DNA from: Kiritimatiellia bacterium | GTDB lineage: Bacteria; Verrucomicrobiota; Kiritimatiellia; RFP12; UBA1067 | Direction of reading: 5' to 3' | Length of the DNA stretch: 64,000 bases | Assembly: GCA_051884875.1 (NCBI GenBank) | Contig: JBJEWD010000025.1 | Span: forward strand, 58,514 to 122,513 | In this document: piece after piece, positions 8,445-16,686 of the stretch | Numbering within the stretch: the stretch's first letter is position 1 | Layout of the letters: the number at the start of each line of letters is the position of its first letter | Program-made: the position numbers and the translations under genes | Notes under the pieces: generated by a model | What the model saw: only the letters and a program-made list of their open reading frames with translations | The model's database searches: none | Told to the model about the DNA's origin: nothing

Positions 8445-10739
8445 GTGTTTTCTTCTATTCTTATACTGGCTGCCGTGCTGCAGGCGAAGGCGCCGGCGGT
8501 CACCGACTATCTGGCTTTCGGAAATGAGAAGAGTGAAAAGGCGCACGCCTTTGCGGACGGCGGACGCTCCTTTAAGGACACCGGGCTTTATGGCGAAAGC
8601 TGCCGACGTATCCGCAAGCCGGAGCAAAGCTTCTGGAGGGCAGGCCCGATGGCGTTCACGCTGAAGGTGAAGCCGGAGGAGCGCAACTACATCACCTACA
8701 AGTTCAGTGGCAACGACATGTCACGCGACATGCTCTTCATGACCATTGACGGCAAGGTCTTGGGGCAGCTTCACCTCGGACAATACGACGTCGTCGATTA
8801 CGAGCCGGAAGAGGCCCCCTACACGAACCGCTGGATGCACTCGACGTTTCTCATTCCGACGAATGCGACGGCGGACAGGGTCGAGATTCGCATTCAGCTT
8901 TTCTCGTGCGGCAGGGTGTGGGGGTATGGACAGAACTTCGAGCAATTCCAGAAACAGGTCCATGGCGATTCACGCGGCATCTATTCCGTGACGATTCACC
9001 GCGATCCGCTCTGCCCGGAGACGAAAAGGGAACGATTGCAGATAAAAGTCCCGCCCCATGTCCCCGTCGATCCGCCGCCGATTGACATCGAGAAGGTGAA
9101 GGAACTCTGCAATCATCATCTCGAACGCTACATGGGCAGAGAGCGCGGACTTCTCAAGACACGCGGCGGGGCGGCGACATTTCTCGCCGATGGCTACAAT
9201 ACGCCGTGGACGGTGGCCTACCGCAACCCCAGGGCCGTGGAGGCGATGGTCGAGGCTGTCGATCACGTGGGTTGGAAATACCATGAAGACCCGAAGAGCG
9301 TGGTGCAGAATGGCAGTTGGACGGGGCCGTGGGATGTCGAGATTCCCGTGCCGATTTTCGGTCCCAAGGCCTTTGCCCCGTATCTCGACCGGGAGATCGA
9401 GCGCAACGGCACGAAGATGCCGCGCCGCAAGCTCTGGGGCGAGATGTATCTGGCGAACGTGAAGCAGCTGACGACCCACCGCCGTTTCTTCGGCAACCAG
9501 GGACAGATCGTGGATATGAGCGGACACTGGGCCAACCGTTGTGCGCACATGTGCGGGTATACGGAGATTCCGCTGGAGACGACGCGCACGTTCGTGAAGC
9601 AGTCGATGGGCATGGAGCCGTGTCCGAACGGATACGTCGCGCTGACGCCTGCAGCGCTTTCGAAAGAGGACGGGTATGTCGGCAAGTACGGTGAGTCGAC
9701 GATCTGGGCAGCGAATTTTGCGATGGCCTGCACGAAGAATTATGAGACCGGCGAGCTTGATAAGGAGCTCCTGCCGTGGTGCCGCAAGGCGATAGAGTCC
9801 CGGCTCATCTTCCGCTATCCCGGAGTTGATCCGCGGGGTCGCAAGCTCTATCGCCTGGAGAGCCAGATCGGCTGGCGCAACGAGCACATGCCCGGCGAAC
9901 ACGATTACCTCGACCGGCATTTCATGGTCTCGCCGCTTTTCTGGTCCAAGTCGAAGATCATTTTCGGGGCCATCGTCGAGCAGGTGGCGGATGGCTGGTT
10001 CGAGGATTCGGTGATGCGGGCGGTTCATAAAAAGGATCGTTCGGGCGAACTCATGAAACTCGTTACCGCCTGGCCATCCCTTGAGAAAGCCCTGGCGCGT
10101 GCGAAAAAAGAGAAGGGACTTAAGTTCACCATGCCGATGGGCGGCGAGGACTTCGTCTGGTGCGACAGCGAGAATGCGGTCGTGGCGCTCAAGAACGGAG
10201 ACGAGGTGCTCTACGTCAATTCCTATTGGCGTGCCAAAGGGCTTATCAACGGCCTGGCCAAGATTCATTATGTGACGCCCAGGGGCGACTGGGTCGCCAC
10301 GATATACCAGGACGAGGAGTTTGAACAGGCGCGGGACAAGAGCGGCAATCCGAGGGTGGAGATGCTGCACAACTACTTTGCCTACGGTTGGAAGGGCAAG
10401 CTCTACAACGGCTATCGCGCGGAGGACCCGAACTGGGCCGAGGCGCCGTCCTGGCCGCCGAAGAGTGTGGATGGCGGCATCCTGCGGCCGGTGGGCGAGC
10501 GCGGCGGACGCGCGACGCACTATCACGTGAGCTTCGGGGACTATGAGGTCTATATCAATGATCACCAGCAGGGCGAGAAGTGGCGGATCAGGATTCCCCA
10601 GGGTACGTGGCGGGTGCTGGCCTGGAATGTCGGCGGCGAGATGATGCCGCCGCCCGGAAAATCCGTCAAAGGCGGAAAGACCGTGCCGCTCAACGCCGGA
10701 ACCTGCCTGGTCCTCCGGCGAACTTCCATCCCCCTTTAA
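8445..10739 (+). CDS. Secreted hypothetical protein of about 764 aa that heads the glycoside-hydrolase cluster (function unknown)
   Basis: Track ORF 8352..10739 with protein-like composition throughout. I prefer the in-frame GTG at 8445 because GGGAGGAG lies 6 nt upstream. It gives the signal-like N-terminus VFSSILILAAVLQAKA. Confidence 0.7.
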   Translation: MFSSILILAAVLQAKAPAVTDYLAFGNEKSEKAHAFADGGRSFKDTGLYGESCRRIRKPEQSFWRAGPMAFTLKVKPEERNYITYKFSGNDMSRDMLFMTIDGKVLGQLHLGQYDVVDYEPEEAPYTNRWMHSTFLIPTNATADRVEIRIQLFSCGRVWGYGQNFEQFQKQVHGDSRGIYSVTIHRDPLCPETKRERLQIKVPPHVPVDPPPIDIEKVKELCNHHLERYMGRERGLLKTRGGAATFLADGYNTPWTVAYRNPRAVEAMVEAVDHVGWKYHEDPKSVVQNGSWTGPWDVEIPVPIFGPKAFAPYLDREIERNGTKMPRRKLWGEMYLANVKQLTTHRRFFGNQGQIVDMSGHWANRCAHMCGYTEIPLETTRTFVKQSMGMEPCPNGYVALTPAALSKEDGYVGKYGESTIWAANFAMACTKNYETGELDKELLPWCRKAIESRLIFRYPGVDPRGRKLYRLESQIGWRNEHMPGEHDYLDRHFMVSPLFWSKSKIIFGAIVEQVADGWFEDSVMRAVHKKDRSGELMKLVTAWPSLEKALARAKKEKGLKFTMPMGGEDFVWCDSENAVVALKNGDEVLYVNSYWRAKGLINGLAKIHYVTPRGDWVATIYQDEEFEQARDKSGNPRVEMLHNYFAYGWKGKLYNGYRAEDPNWAEAPSWPPKSVDGGILRPVGERGGRATHYHVSFGDYEVYINDHQQGEKWRIRIPQGTWRVLAWNVGGEMMPPPGKSVKGGKTVPLNAGTCLVLRRTSIPL

Positions 10740-10801
10740 GGGTAAGAGGGGGCGACGCGGTCTTTGATAAAATTCGGCCATCTTAGGGAAGGGGTCTATC
10801 T

Positions 10802-12163
10802 ATGAAAGTTGCCAAATCGTCCTTTGCCGCCTGTGCGGTGTTCATGGCCGCAAGCGCTTTTGCCGCCGCCACCGTTGATGAAAACGGTCTCACGCCGACG
10901 CTGTGGTACCAGTTCGAGGGTGATTTTGCGTCCTACGGTTCGCAGGCGGTGACGTGGAACAATTTCGCAACGACGGCGGACTATTTTGAGACGATCAACG
11001 GCCGTAGGGCTCTCAAATATAACAGCAAGGACCCCTACACGTCCAAGATCGATGACTTCACCCCCTATTTCGGGGCCAATGGTTTCACGATTGCGACATA
11101 TTGCCGCATGAGCAGCGTGAATAAGCGGGTGACGGTCTCGTTCGGATCACTGAAGGATGCTTACGCCAACCATGAGCTCATGCTCGTAACGGCCAATGAC
11201 AGCACCAACGTTCGTATCGCCTACCAGGGCGCGGACGGCACGAAGCTCAGCCCTGTTGACGGCGTGAATCCGGGTACCCGCACCGCTTTCCACCATTATG
11301 CCATAACCTGTACGCCCAACGTCGACGAATCGACCGCCTCGGTGACGAATTGGACGGTGGCGTTGTATGTTGACGGCACGAAGAAAGGATCCGGTACGAT
11401 TCCGGGCGTGCCGACGAAGGGCGGCATCCAGCTCTTCAATGTGTTCGACGACAGTGGCACCGGGTATAGTGGCAGTGCGACCGGGGCGTCCGTTGACGAT
11501 CTGCGCATCTACGATCAGGTGCTGACGGAGGAGCAGATTCAGCAGATGAACAGGATCGCCCAGGCGACGCGCGATGCGCAGGGCCGTTACCCGAACGTAT
11601 GGCTGTCACTTGACGGCAACATGGATTCGCAGGGACTCGTCACGCTCGCCTGGGGTACGGGCGACGGGATCACTTATTCCGACAACTACATTGCGACGCC
11701 GACGGGCAAGGCGCTCTACTATTGGTCGCTCACCGAAGGCAAGCGCCACGACCCCTACACGTCAGGGGCCAACGTCCCGGAAATCCTTGGCGAGAGCGGG
11801 TTTACCGTCATGACTTCGGCCCGCATGGGCACGGGGACGAAGAATACGCTCTTCGGCATCGGATCGATGACGGCGGGGAGCCTGCATGAACTCATCTTGG
11901 CGCAGGGTGGGACACTCGGTCAGGTTGCGCTGGTGGATGCGGTCAAGGGAGCTGTTGCGACCGTCGTTTCAACGAATGTGAGTGACTGTGCGCGCGTCCT
12001 TCATCACTACGCCGTCTCCGTGGCCCCGGGCGAGGGGGGGGGGGTATGCGGCGACGCTGTATGTAGACGGCGCCCTGGCCGGAACGGGGACGCTGGGCGA
12101 TCTTCCGAGTGGTGGCGGCTTGCAGTTCTTCAACGTCTACCAAAACGACGGCAGCGGCTATAA
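10802..12163 (+). CDS. LamG-repeat protein, N-terminal fragment as currently framed
   Basis: Signal peptide MKVAKSSFAACAVFMAASAFAAA and an LamG-type motif (DDLRIYDQVLTEEQIQQM). Sequence after about 12045 in this frame is Arg/Gly-rich and out of frame. Confidence 0.75.
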   Translation: MKVAKSSFAACAVFMAASAFAAATVDENGLTPTLWYQFEGDFASYGSQAVTWNNFATTADYFETINGRRALKYNSKDPYTSKIDDFTPYFGANGFTIATYCRMSSVNKRVTVSFGSLKDAYANHELMLVTANDSTNVRIAYQGADGTKLSPVDGVNPGTRTAFHHYAITCTPNVDESTASVTNWTVALYVDGTKKGSGTIPGVPTKGGIQLFNVFDDSGTGYSGSATGASVDDLRIYDQVLTEEQIQQMNRIAQATRDAQGRYPNVWLSLDGNMDSQGLVTLAWGTGDGITYSDNYIATPTGKALYYWSLTEGKRHDPYTSGANVPEILGESGFTVMTSARMGTGTKNTLFGIGSMTAGSLHELILAQGGTLGQVALVDAVKGAVATVVSTNVSDCARVLHHYAVSVAPGEGGGVCGDAVCRRRPGRNGDAGRSSEWWRLAVLQRLPKRRQRL

Positions 12164-13655
12164 CGCCGATCTCGTCGGCGCGGCCATGGATGATTTCCGT
12201 ATCTACACCGAGGTGCTTGACGCCGCGACGATTGCCGCTTATGCCTCGGAATTCCCGGTCTTTGTCCGGAGGGACGAAAACGACAGTGCCGTAGACGTCT
12301 GGATGCGTTTCGATGGTGATAGCGCACAGGATGGTCTCGATGATATCGGAATCTCCTCATCGTCCGCATGGGCAGGAACGTACGAGACGTCTCGCCAGGG
12401 GAAGGCTCTCAAGACGTCGAAGGACAGCTACAGTTCCGCGACCGGCGTTGATTTCGGCGACGGAGACTGGACGCTCGTCCTCTCGGCGCGTGCGCAGGTG
12501 GTCACGGATGGTCAGCCGACCTGCCTTTGGACCTTCGGCAAGAAGCAAGACACGGCGAATACGCTCGGCTTCTTCGCGACCGAGGGCGGTCTCATGGTCT
12601 CGACTTGGAGCAACCAGAGTCTTGCGGAAGCCCCCATCTTCAATCTGACGGATGCGAAGCTTGCGAAGTCCATCAACACCTATGCTCTCGTCTACACGAA
12701 GGCGACCGGCGCGCTGGAGCTGTTCCTGAACGGCGTCTCCCAGGGGTCCGTCCCGGCCCCGGCAACGGCGGCGATCCAGGGTCAGGTGACCTGGCAGCTG
12801 GTCTCGCTTTACAACGGCGTGTTCGGTTCGCTGACGCGGTATAACTACACGGGGGCTGTCGATGACTTCCGCCTTTACAAGAAGGCGCTGACGACGACGG
12901 AGGTGCAGACGGTCGCGGCCGCGAACAGGCCGTACCCGAGTCTGGACGAAAACACCGTGCGTCCGGCCTACTGGTATATGTTCGACGGCAATCTCTCGGC
13001 GGAGGGTTCGCGCAGCTGGACGGTCGGGGGTAATAGCGCTGTCACGTATAAGACGGAGGATAACGGTATTCAGGCTCTCGACATCTCAGTGACGCACCCG
13101 TACGGCACGGGTATCTCGTTCGGCGACAGCGGCTGGACGGTCGTCCTCCGTGCGATGGGCGAGGCGACCGACAATGCCGTCATCATGGGGCTTGGGGATC
13201 GTCGCTCCAACAACGCGTTCGCCTTCGTGATGGGCGGGAAGTCGAGTTTCACCGTGGCGACCTGGACCTATCCGGGCAACGACACCGATGTCGTTGGCCA
13301 TGAGCATCTCTTCAACGTCACCGTTTTCAATGCCCATCGCCAGTATCATGACTATGCGCTCGTCTACGAGCCGCCGACGTCGACTGAAGAGGATGCGACG
13401 GGTACGCTGACGCTGTATGTTGACGGCAAGAACAGGGGGTCGGTCGCCAAGACGCTCAACATGGAAGGCCAGTGGCAGATCGGAAGCGTCTATAGCGGTC
13501 CGGCGCAAGTGGAACTCGTGCGCTCCTCCGCGTCTCGTGTGGATGACTTCCGCCTCTACACCGAGGTGCTCACGGCCGAGCAGATCGGGAGGATTGCCGC
13601 CGCGAATCCCGTCTGGCCGTATTATTCGATCCCGTTCAGCATTATCCTCAGATAG
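11982..13655 (+). CDS. LamG-repeat protein, C-terminal fragment as currently framed
   Basis: The real protein sequence begins at the G tract (...GGGYAATLYVDGALAGTG...). It contains the motifs DDFRIYTEVL, DDFRLYKKAL and DDFRLYTEVL. Confidence 0.75.
   Translation: MTVRASFITTPSPWPRARGGGYAATLYVDGALAGTGTLGDLPSGGGLQFFNVYQNDGSGYNADLVGAAMDDFRIYTEVLDAATIAAYASEFPVFVRRDENDSAVDVWMRFDGDSAQDGLDDIGISSSSAWAGTYETSRQGKALKTSKDSYSSATGVDFGDGDWTLVLSARAQVVTDGQPTCLWTFGKKQDTANTLGFFATEGGLMVSTWSNQSLAEAPIFNLTDAKLAKSINTYALVYTKATGALELFLNGVSQGSVPAPATAAIQGQVTWQLVSLYNGVFGSLTRYNYTGAVDDFRLYKKALTTTEVQTVAAANRPYPSLDENTVRPAYWYMFDGNLSAEGSRSWTVGGNSAVTYKTEDNGIQALDISVTHPYGTGISFGDSGWTVVLRAMGEATDNAVIMGLGDRRSNNAFAFVMGGKSSFTVATWTYPGNDTDVVGHEHLFNVTVFNAHRQYHDYALVYEPPTSTEEDATGTLTLYVDGKNRGSVAKTLNMEGQWQIGSVYSGPAQVELVRSSASRVDDFRLYTEVLTAEQIGRIAAANPVWPYYSIPFSIILR
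12034..12044 (+). repeat. Homopolymeric G11 tract at the frameshift point
   Basis: Counted directly from cgaGGGGGGG GGGGtatgcg. Confidence 0.9.
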
Positions 13656-13684
13656 TCCGCGCACGGCGATTTTCCACCCTCCCG

Positions 13685-13715
13685 CCCGCCGCCTCGTTCG
13701 AGGCGGCGGGTTTTC
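13685..13715 (+). terminator. Rho-independent terminator after the LamG gene
   Basis: CCCGCCGCC-tcgttcga-GGCGGCGGG forms a perfect 9-bp GC stem and is followed by TTTTC. Confidence 0.7.
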
Positions 13716-13776
13716 GGTTGCGGGCAGGTAAAGGGGTACTCCCCGATAGGGGGATGAGCGGATCGCTTGAAAATTG

Positions 13777-13782
13777 TAGAAT
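13777..13782 (+). promoter_or_regulatory. -10-like box TAGAAT, 6 nt upstream of the fucosidase ATG
   Basis: The sequence reads ttgTAGAATaccggcATG, with no Shine-Dalgarno sequence between the box and the ATG. Confidence 0.4.
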
Positions 13783-13788
13783 ACCGGC

Positions 13789-15219
13789 ATGAACATCGCA
13801 CCGATCTTTGCGGCGGCGCTGGCGGCGTCGACCGCCGGAAAGTTTCAGCCGGACTGGGATTCGCTGGAACGGAACTACAGCGTGCCTGAATGGTACGAAA
13901 ACGCCAAGTTCGGCATCTTCTGTCATTGGGGGCCGCAGTGCATACCCGAGTGTGGCGACTGGTATGCGCGCAATATGTACAATCCCGGCCATCGGCAGGC
14001 CAGGTTCCATGCCGAGAAGTACGGCGACCCGAAGACTTTTGGCTTCAAAGATCTGATTCCGCTCTGGAAGGCGGAGAAGTGGGATCCCGATGAGCTCTGT
14101 GCGCTCTACAAGCGAATGGGCGCGCGCTACATCCAGGCGATGGCGAACCACCATGACAATTTCGACATGTTCGACTCGACCTACCAGCCGTGGAATTCGG
14201 TGAAGATGGGCCCGAAGAAGGACATTCTCGCCGGATGGAAGAGCGCGGCGGAGAAGAACGGGCTGCGCTTCGGCGTGTCGATCCATGCCGCGCACGCGTG
14301 GATGTTCTATGAATACGGGCAGAAGAACGGTGACACGAACATGACGGGCGGCGACCCCGAGATCCAACTCCTCTATCGCCAGAACCATCCGTGCGGCTCG
14401 ATCGGCAAGAAGAACAACTGGCAGTGGCAGGGGCCGAAGGATTCGCTCCCGACCGAGGATTTCATGGAGAACGTCCGCCTCAGGACGATGGAGATCGTGA
14501 CGAAGTACCGGCCCGACCTCCTCTATTTCGACGATACGGTGGTGCCGTTCCACAAGATCTCCGACAAGGGGCTGCGCATCGTCTCCGACTTCTATAACAT
14601 GAATTCCAATGCGGTCTGCACGGGCAAGATCCTTGACCGGCGGCAGCGCAAGGCGATGATCTGGGACGTTGAACGCGGCACGCCGCCGGAGCCGATGTCG
14701 CCCAAGTGGCAGACCGACACCTGCATCGGCTCCTGGCACTACAGTACCGACGTCTACGAGAAGAACCGGTACAAGAGCGCGGCCTATGTGCTGCGCATGC
14801 TCGCGGACATCGTGGCCAAGAACGGCAACCTCTGCCTTTCGGTGCCGATTCGTGCGGATGGTTCGATCGACGACAAGGAGCGCGCGATCTGCGAGGATAT
14901 CGCCGCGTGGATGGCGGTCAACGGCACGGCGGTCTTCGATACCGTTCCGCACACCGTCTGCGGTGAAGGGCCGCAGCTTGCGAAGAAGGTCCCGATGAGG
15001 GATGAGGGCTTCAACGAGGGCGCCATCCCGAAGGCGACGGAGAAGGACATCCGCTATCTCGCGACGAAGGACGGCCGGACGATCTACGCGATCGTGCTCG
15101 TTCCGCCGGCGCAGGACGTGACGCCCGCGTTTGCCGCGCTCGGCGATTTGAGCGCCGCGAAGATCTCGCGCCTGAAGCAGGTCAAGGATCTCCCTGCGGT
15201 CTTCAGGATCGAAAGGTAG
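13789..15219 (+). CDS. Alpha-L-fucosidase (GH29)
   Basis: Contains KFGIFCHWGPQ...WYARNMY...GARYIQAMANHHDNFDMFDSTYQPWNS, which is typical GH29 N-terminal catalytic-domain sequence. Confidence 0.85.
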   Translation: MNIAPIFAAALAASTAGKFQPDWDSLERNYSVPEWYENAKFGIFCHWGPQCIPECGDWYARNMYNPGHRQARFHAEKYGDPKTFGFKDLIPLWKAEKWDPDELCALYKRMGARYIQAMANHHDNFDMFDSTYQPWNSVKMGPKKDILAGWKSAAEKNGLRFGVSIHAAHAWMFYEYGQKNGDTNMTGGDPEIQLLYRQNHPCGSIGKKNNWQWQGPKDSLPTEDFMENVRLRTMEIVTKYRPDLLYFDDTVVPFHKISDKGLRIVSDFYNMNSNAVCTGKILDRRQRKAMIWDVERGTPPEPMSPKWQTDTCIGSWHYSTDVYEKNRYKSAAYVLRMLADIVAKNGNLCLSVPIRADGSIDDKERAICEDIAAWMAVNGTAVFDTVPHTVCGEGPQLAKKVPMRDEGFNEGAIPKATEKDIRYLATKDGRTIYAIVLVPPAQDVTPAFAALGDLSAAKISRLKQVKDLPAVFRIER

Positions 15220-15231
15220 GGAGTCTGTCCT

Positions 15232-16671
15232 ATGATCGCCCTCACGCTCCTCGCCGTTGCCGCGTTGCCGTTCTCCAACGGAACCGTCGGTGAATACCAG
15301 GCTCCGGTGGCGGTCCGCAGCGGGGTTTCCGATTTCGGCAAGGACGCCTTTGGCTGGCTGGAGGTCAAGGGTGAAGGCGAACTGACCGTCCGCCTCGGCG
15401 AGAAGCTGCGGCAGGACGGAAAGATCGAGATGAAGCCGGGCGGCACGATCCGCGCAGCGGAGTCGACGGTCACGGCCAAGAAGGGCGAATGGACACGCGT
15501 CCCGCTCAAGGCCGACAAGCGCAACACGCGGCAGAAGGGCAGCGACGGATCGGCCGTGCTGCTCCCGAAGGACGTCGGGGTCGTGATGCCGTTCCGCTAT
15601 GTCGAGGTGGACGGCGGTAAGGCGGAAATCCGCCGTGTCTTCGTCCATTGGCCGATTGACATGAAGAAGAGCGAGCGGAAGTTCAAGGACAAGCGCCTCC
15701 AGCAGGTCTACGACCTCTGCCGCTATTCGATTCTGGCGACGAGCTTCACGGGCAAGTACATCGACGGAGACCGCGAGCGCATTCCGTACGAGGGCGACGC
15801 CTTCATCAACCAGCTCGGTGAACAGGCCCTTTGGAACGATCCGACGATGGCCCGCAACACGATGGCCTATCTCGTCAACCATCCGACCTGGCCGACGGAG
15901 TGGAAGCAGCACTTCATCATGATGGTCTATGCGGACTGGAAGATGACGAAGGAGACGTCGCAGATCGAGAAGTTCTACGAGGCGATGAAGTCGAAGAAGC
16001 TGCTCATGGAGTTCGCGCGCGAGGACGGGCTCCTCCGCACCGGCGGCGAGCGCGGACATCACGTCAAGAAGGGCTGGGGCGATCTCGTGGACTGGCCCGG
16101 CTGCGAACGCGACGGCTACCGTTTCTCGGCCGTGAACACGGTCGTCAACGCCTTCCATTACCGCAATCTCCTCGAGATGAGCGAAATGGCCGCGGCAATC
16201 GGCAAGAAGGACGATGCGAGGGATTTTGCCGCGCGTGCGGCGAAGCTGAAGAAGTCCTTCAACGAGCAGCTCTTTGACGCCGAGACCGGACTCTACGTCG
16301 ACGGCGAGGAAAGTGATCCCAAGAAGCGCCATTCCTCCCTCCACGCGAATGCGGCGGCGGTTTCTTGCGGTCTCGTCGATGACAAGCGCAAGAACGCCAA
16401 GATCGCCGACTTCCTCGTGAAGAAGGGCCTTGCGTGCAGCGTCTACTTCGCCCAGCACTACCTGGATGCGCTCTTCCTGCTCGGCAGGGGCAAGGATGCC
16501 GTCGAACTGATGGTCTCCGACGGCGAGCGCAGCTGGATGAACATGATGCGCGAAGGCGCGACGATTACGATGGAGGCCTGGGGGCAGAAATTCAAGCCCA
16601 ATCAGGACTGGAATCACGCGTGGGGCGCCGTGCCGCTCAATATCATTCACCGACACCTGTTGCGGCGTTAA
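15232..16671 (+). CDS. Alpha-L-rhamnosidase family protein (GH78-like six-hairpin domain)
   Basis: Contains GDRERIPYEGDAFINQLG...NAFHYRNLLEMSEMA...LHANAAAV...YFAQHYLDALF...MEAWG...NHAWGAVP, which resembles the GH78 catalytic domain. Confidence 0.7.
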   Translation: MIALTLLAVAALPFSNGTVGEYQAPVAVRSGVSDFGKDAFGWLEVKGEGELTVRLGEKLRQDGKIEMKPGGTIRAAESTVTAKKGEWTRVPLKADKRNTRQKGSDGSAVLLPKDVGVVMPFRYVEVDGGKAEIRRVFVHWPIDMKKSERKFKDKRLQQVYDLCRYSILATSFTGKYIDGDRERIPYEGDAFINQLGEQALWNDPTMARNTMAYLVNHPTWPTEWKQHFIMMVYADWKMTKETSQIEKFYEAMKSKKLLMEFAREDGLLRTGGERGHHVKKGWGDLVDWPGCERDGYRFSAVNTVVNAFHYRNLLEMSEMAAAIGKKDDARDFAARAAKLKKSFNEQLFDAETGLYVDGEESDPKKRHSSLHANAAAVSCGLVDDKRKNAKIADFLVKKGLACSVYFAQHYLDALFLLGRGKDAVELMVSDGERSWMNMMREGATITMEAWGQKFKPNQDWNHAWGAVPLNIIHRHLLRR

Positions 16672-16686
16672 GGAGACAGTCAGGAT

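Larger units (their letters stand above)
10802..13655 (+). pseudogene. LamG (concanavalin-A-like lectin) repeat protein with four modules, interrupted by a 1-nt frameshift in a G11 tract
   Basis: Track ORFs 10802..12163 and 11982..13655 overlap in different frames. The periodic module motifs (HHYA...LYVDG...GG(I/L)Q(L/F)FNV...DD(L/F)R(I/L)Y...EQI) continue across 12034-12044 only if one G is removed. Confidence 0.8.
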
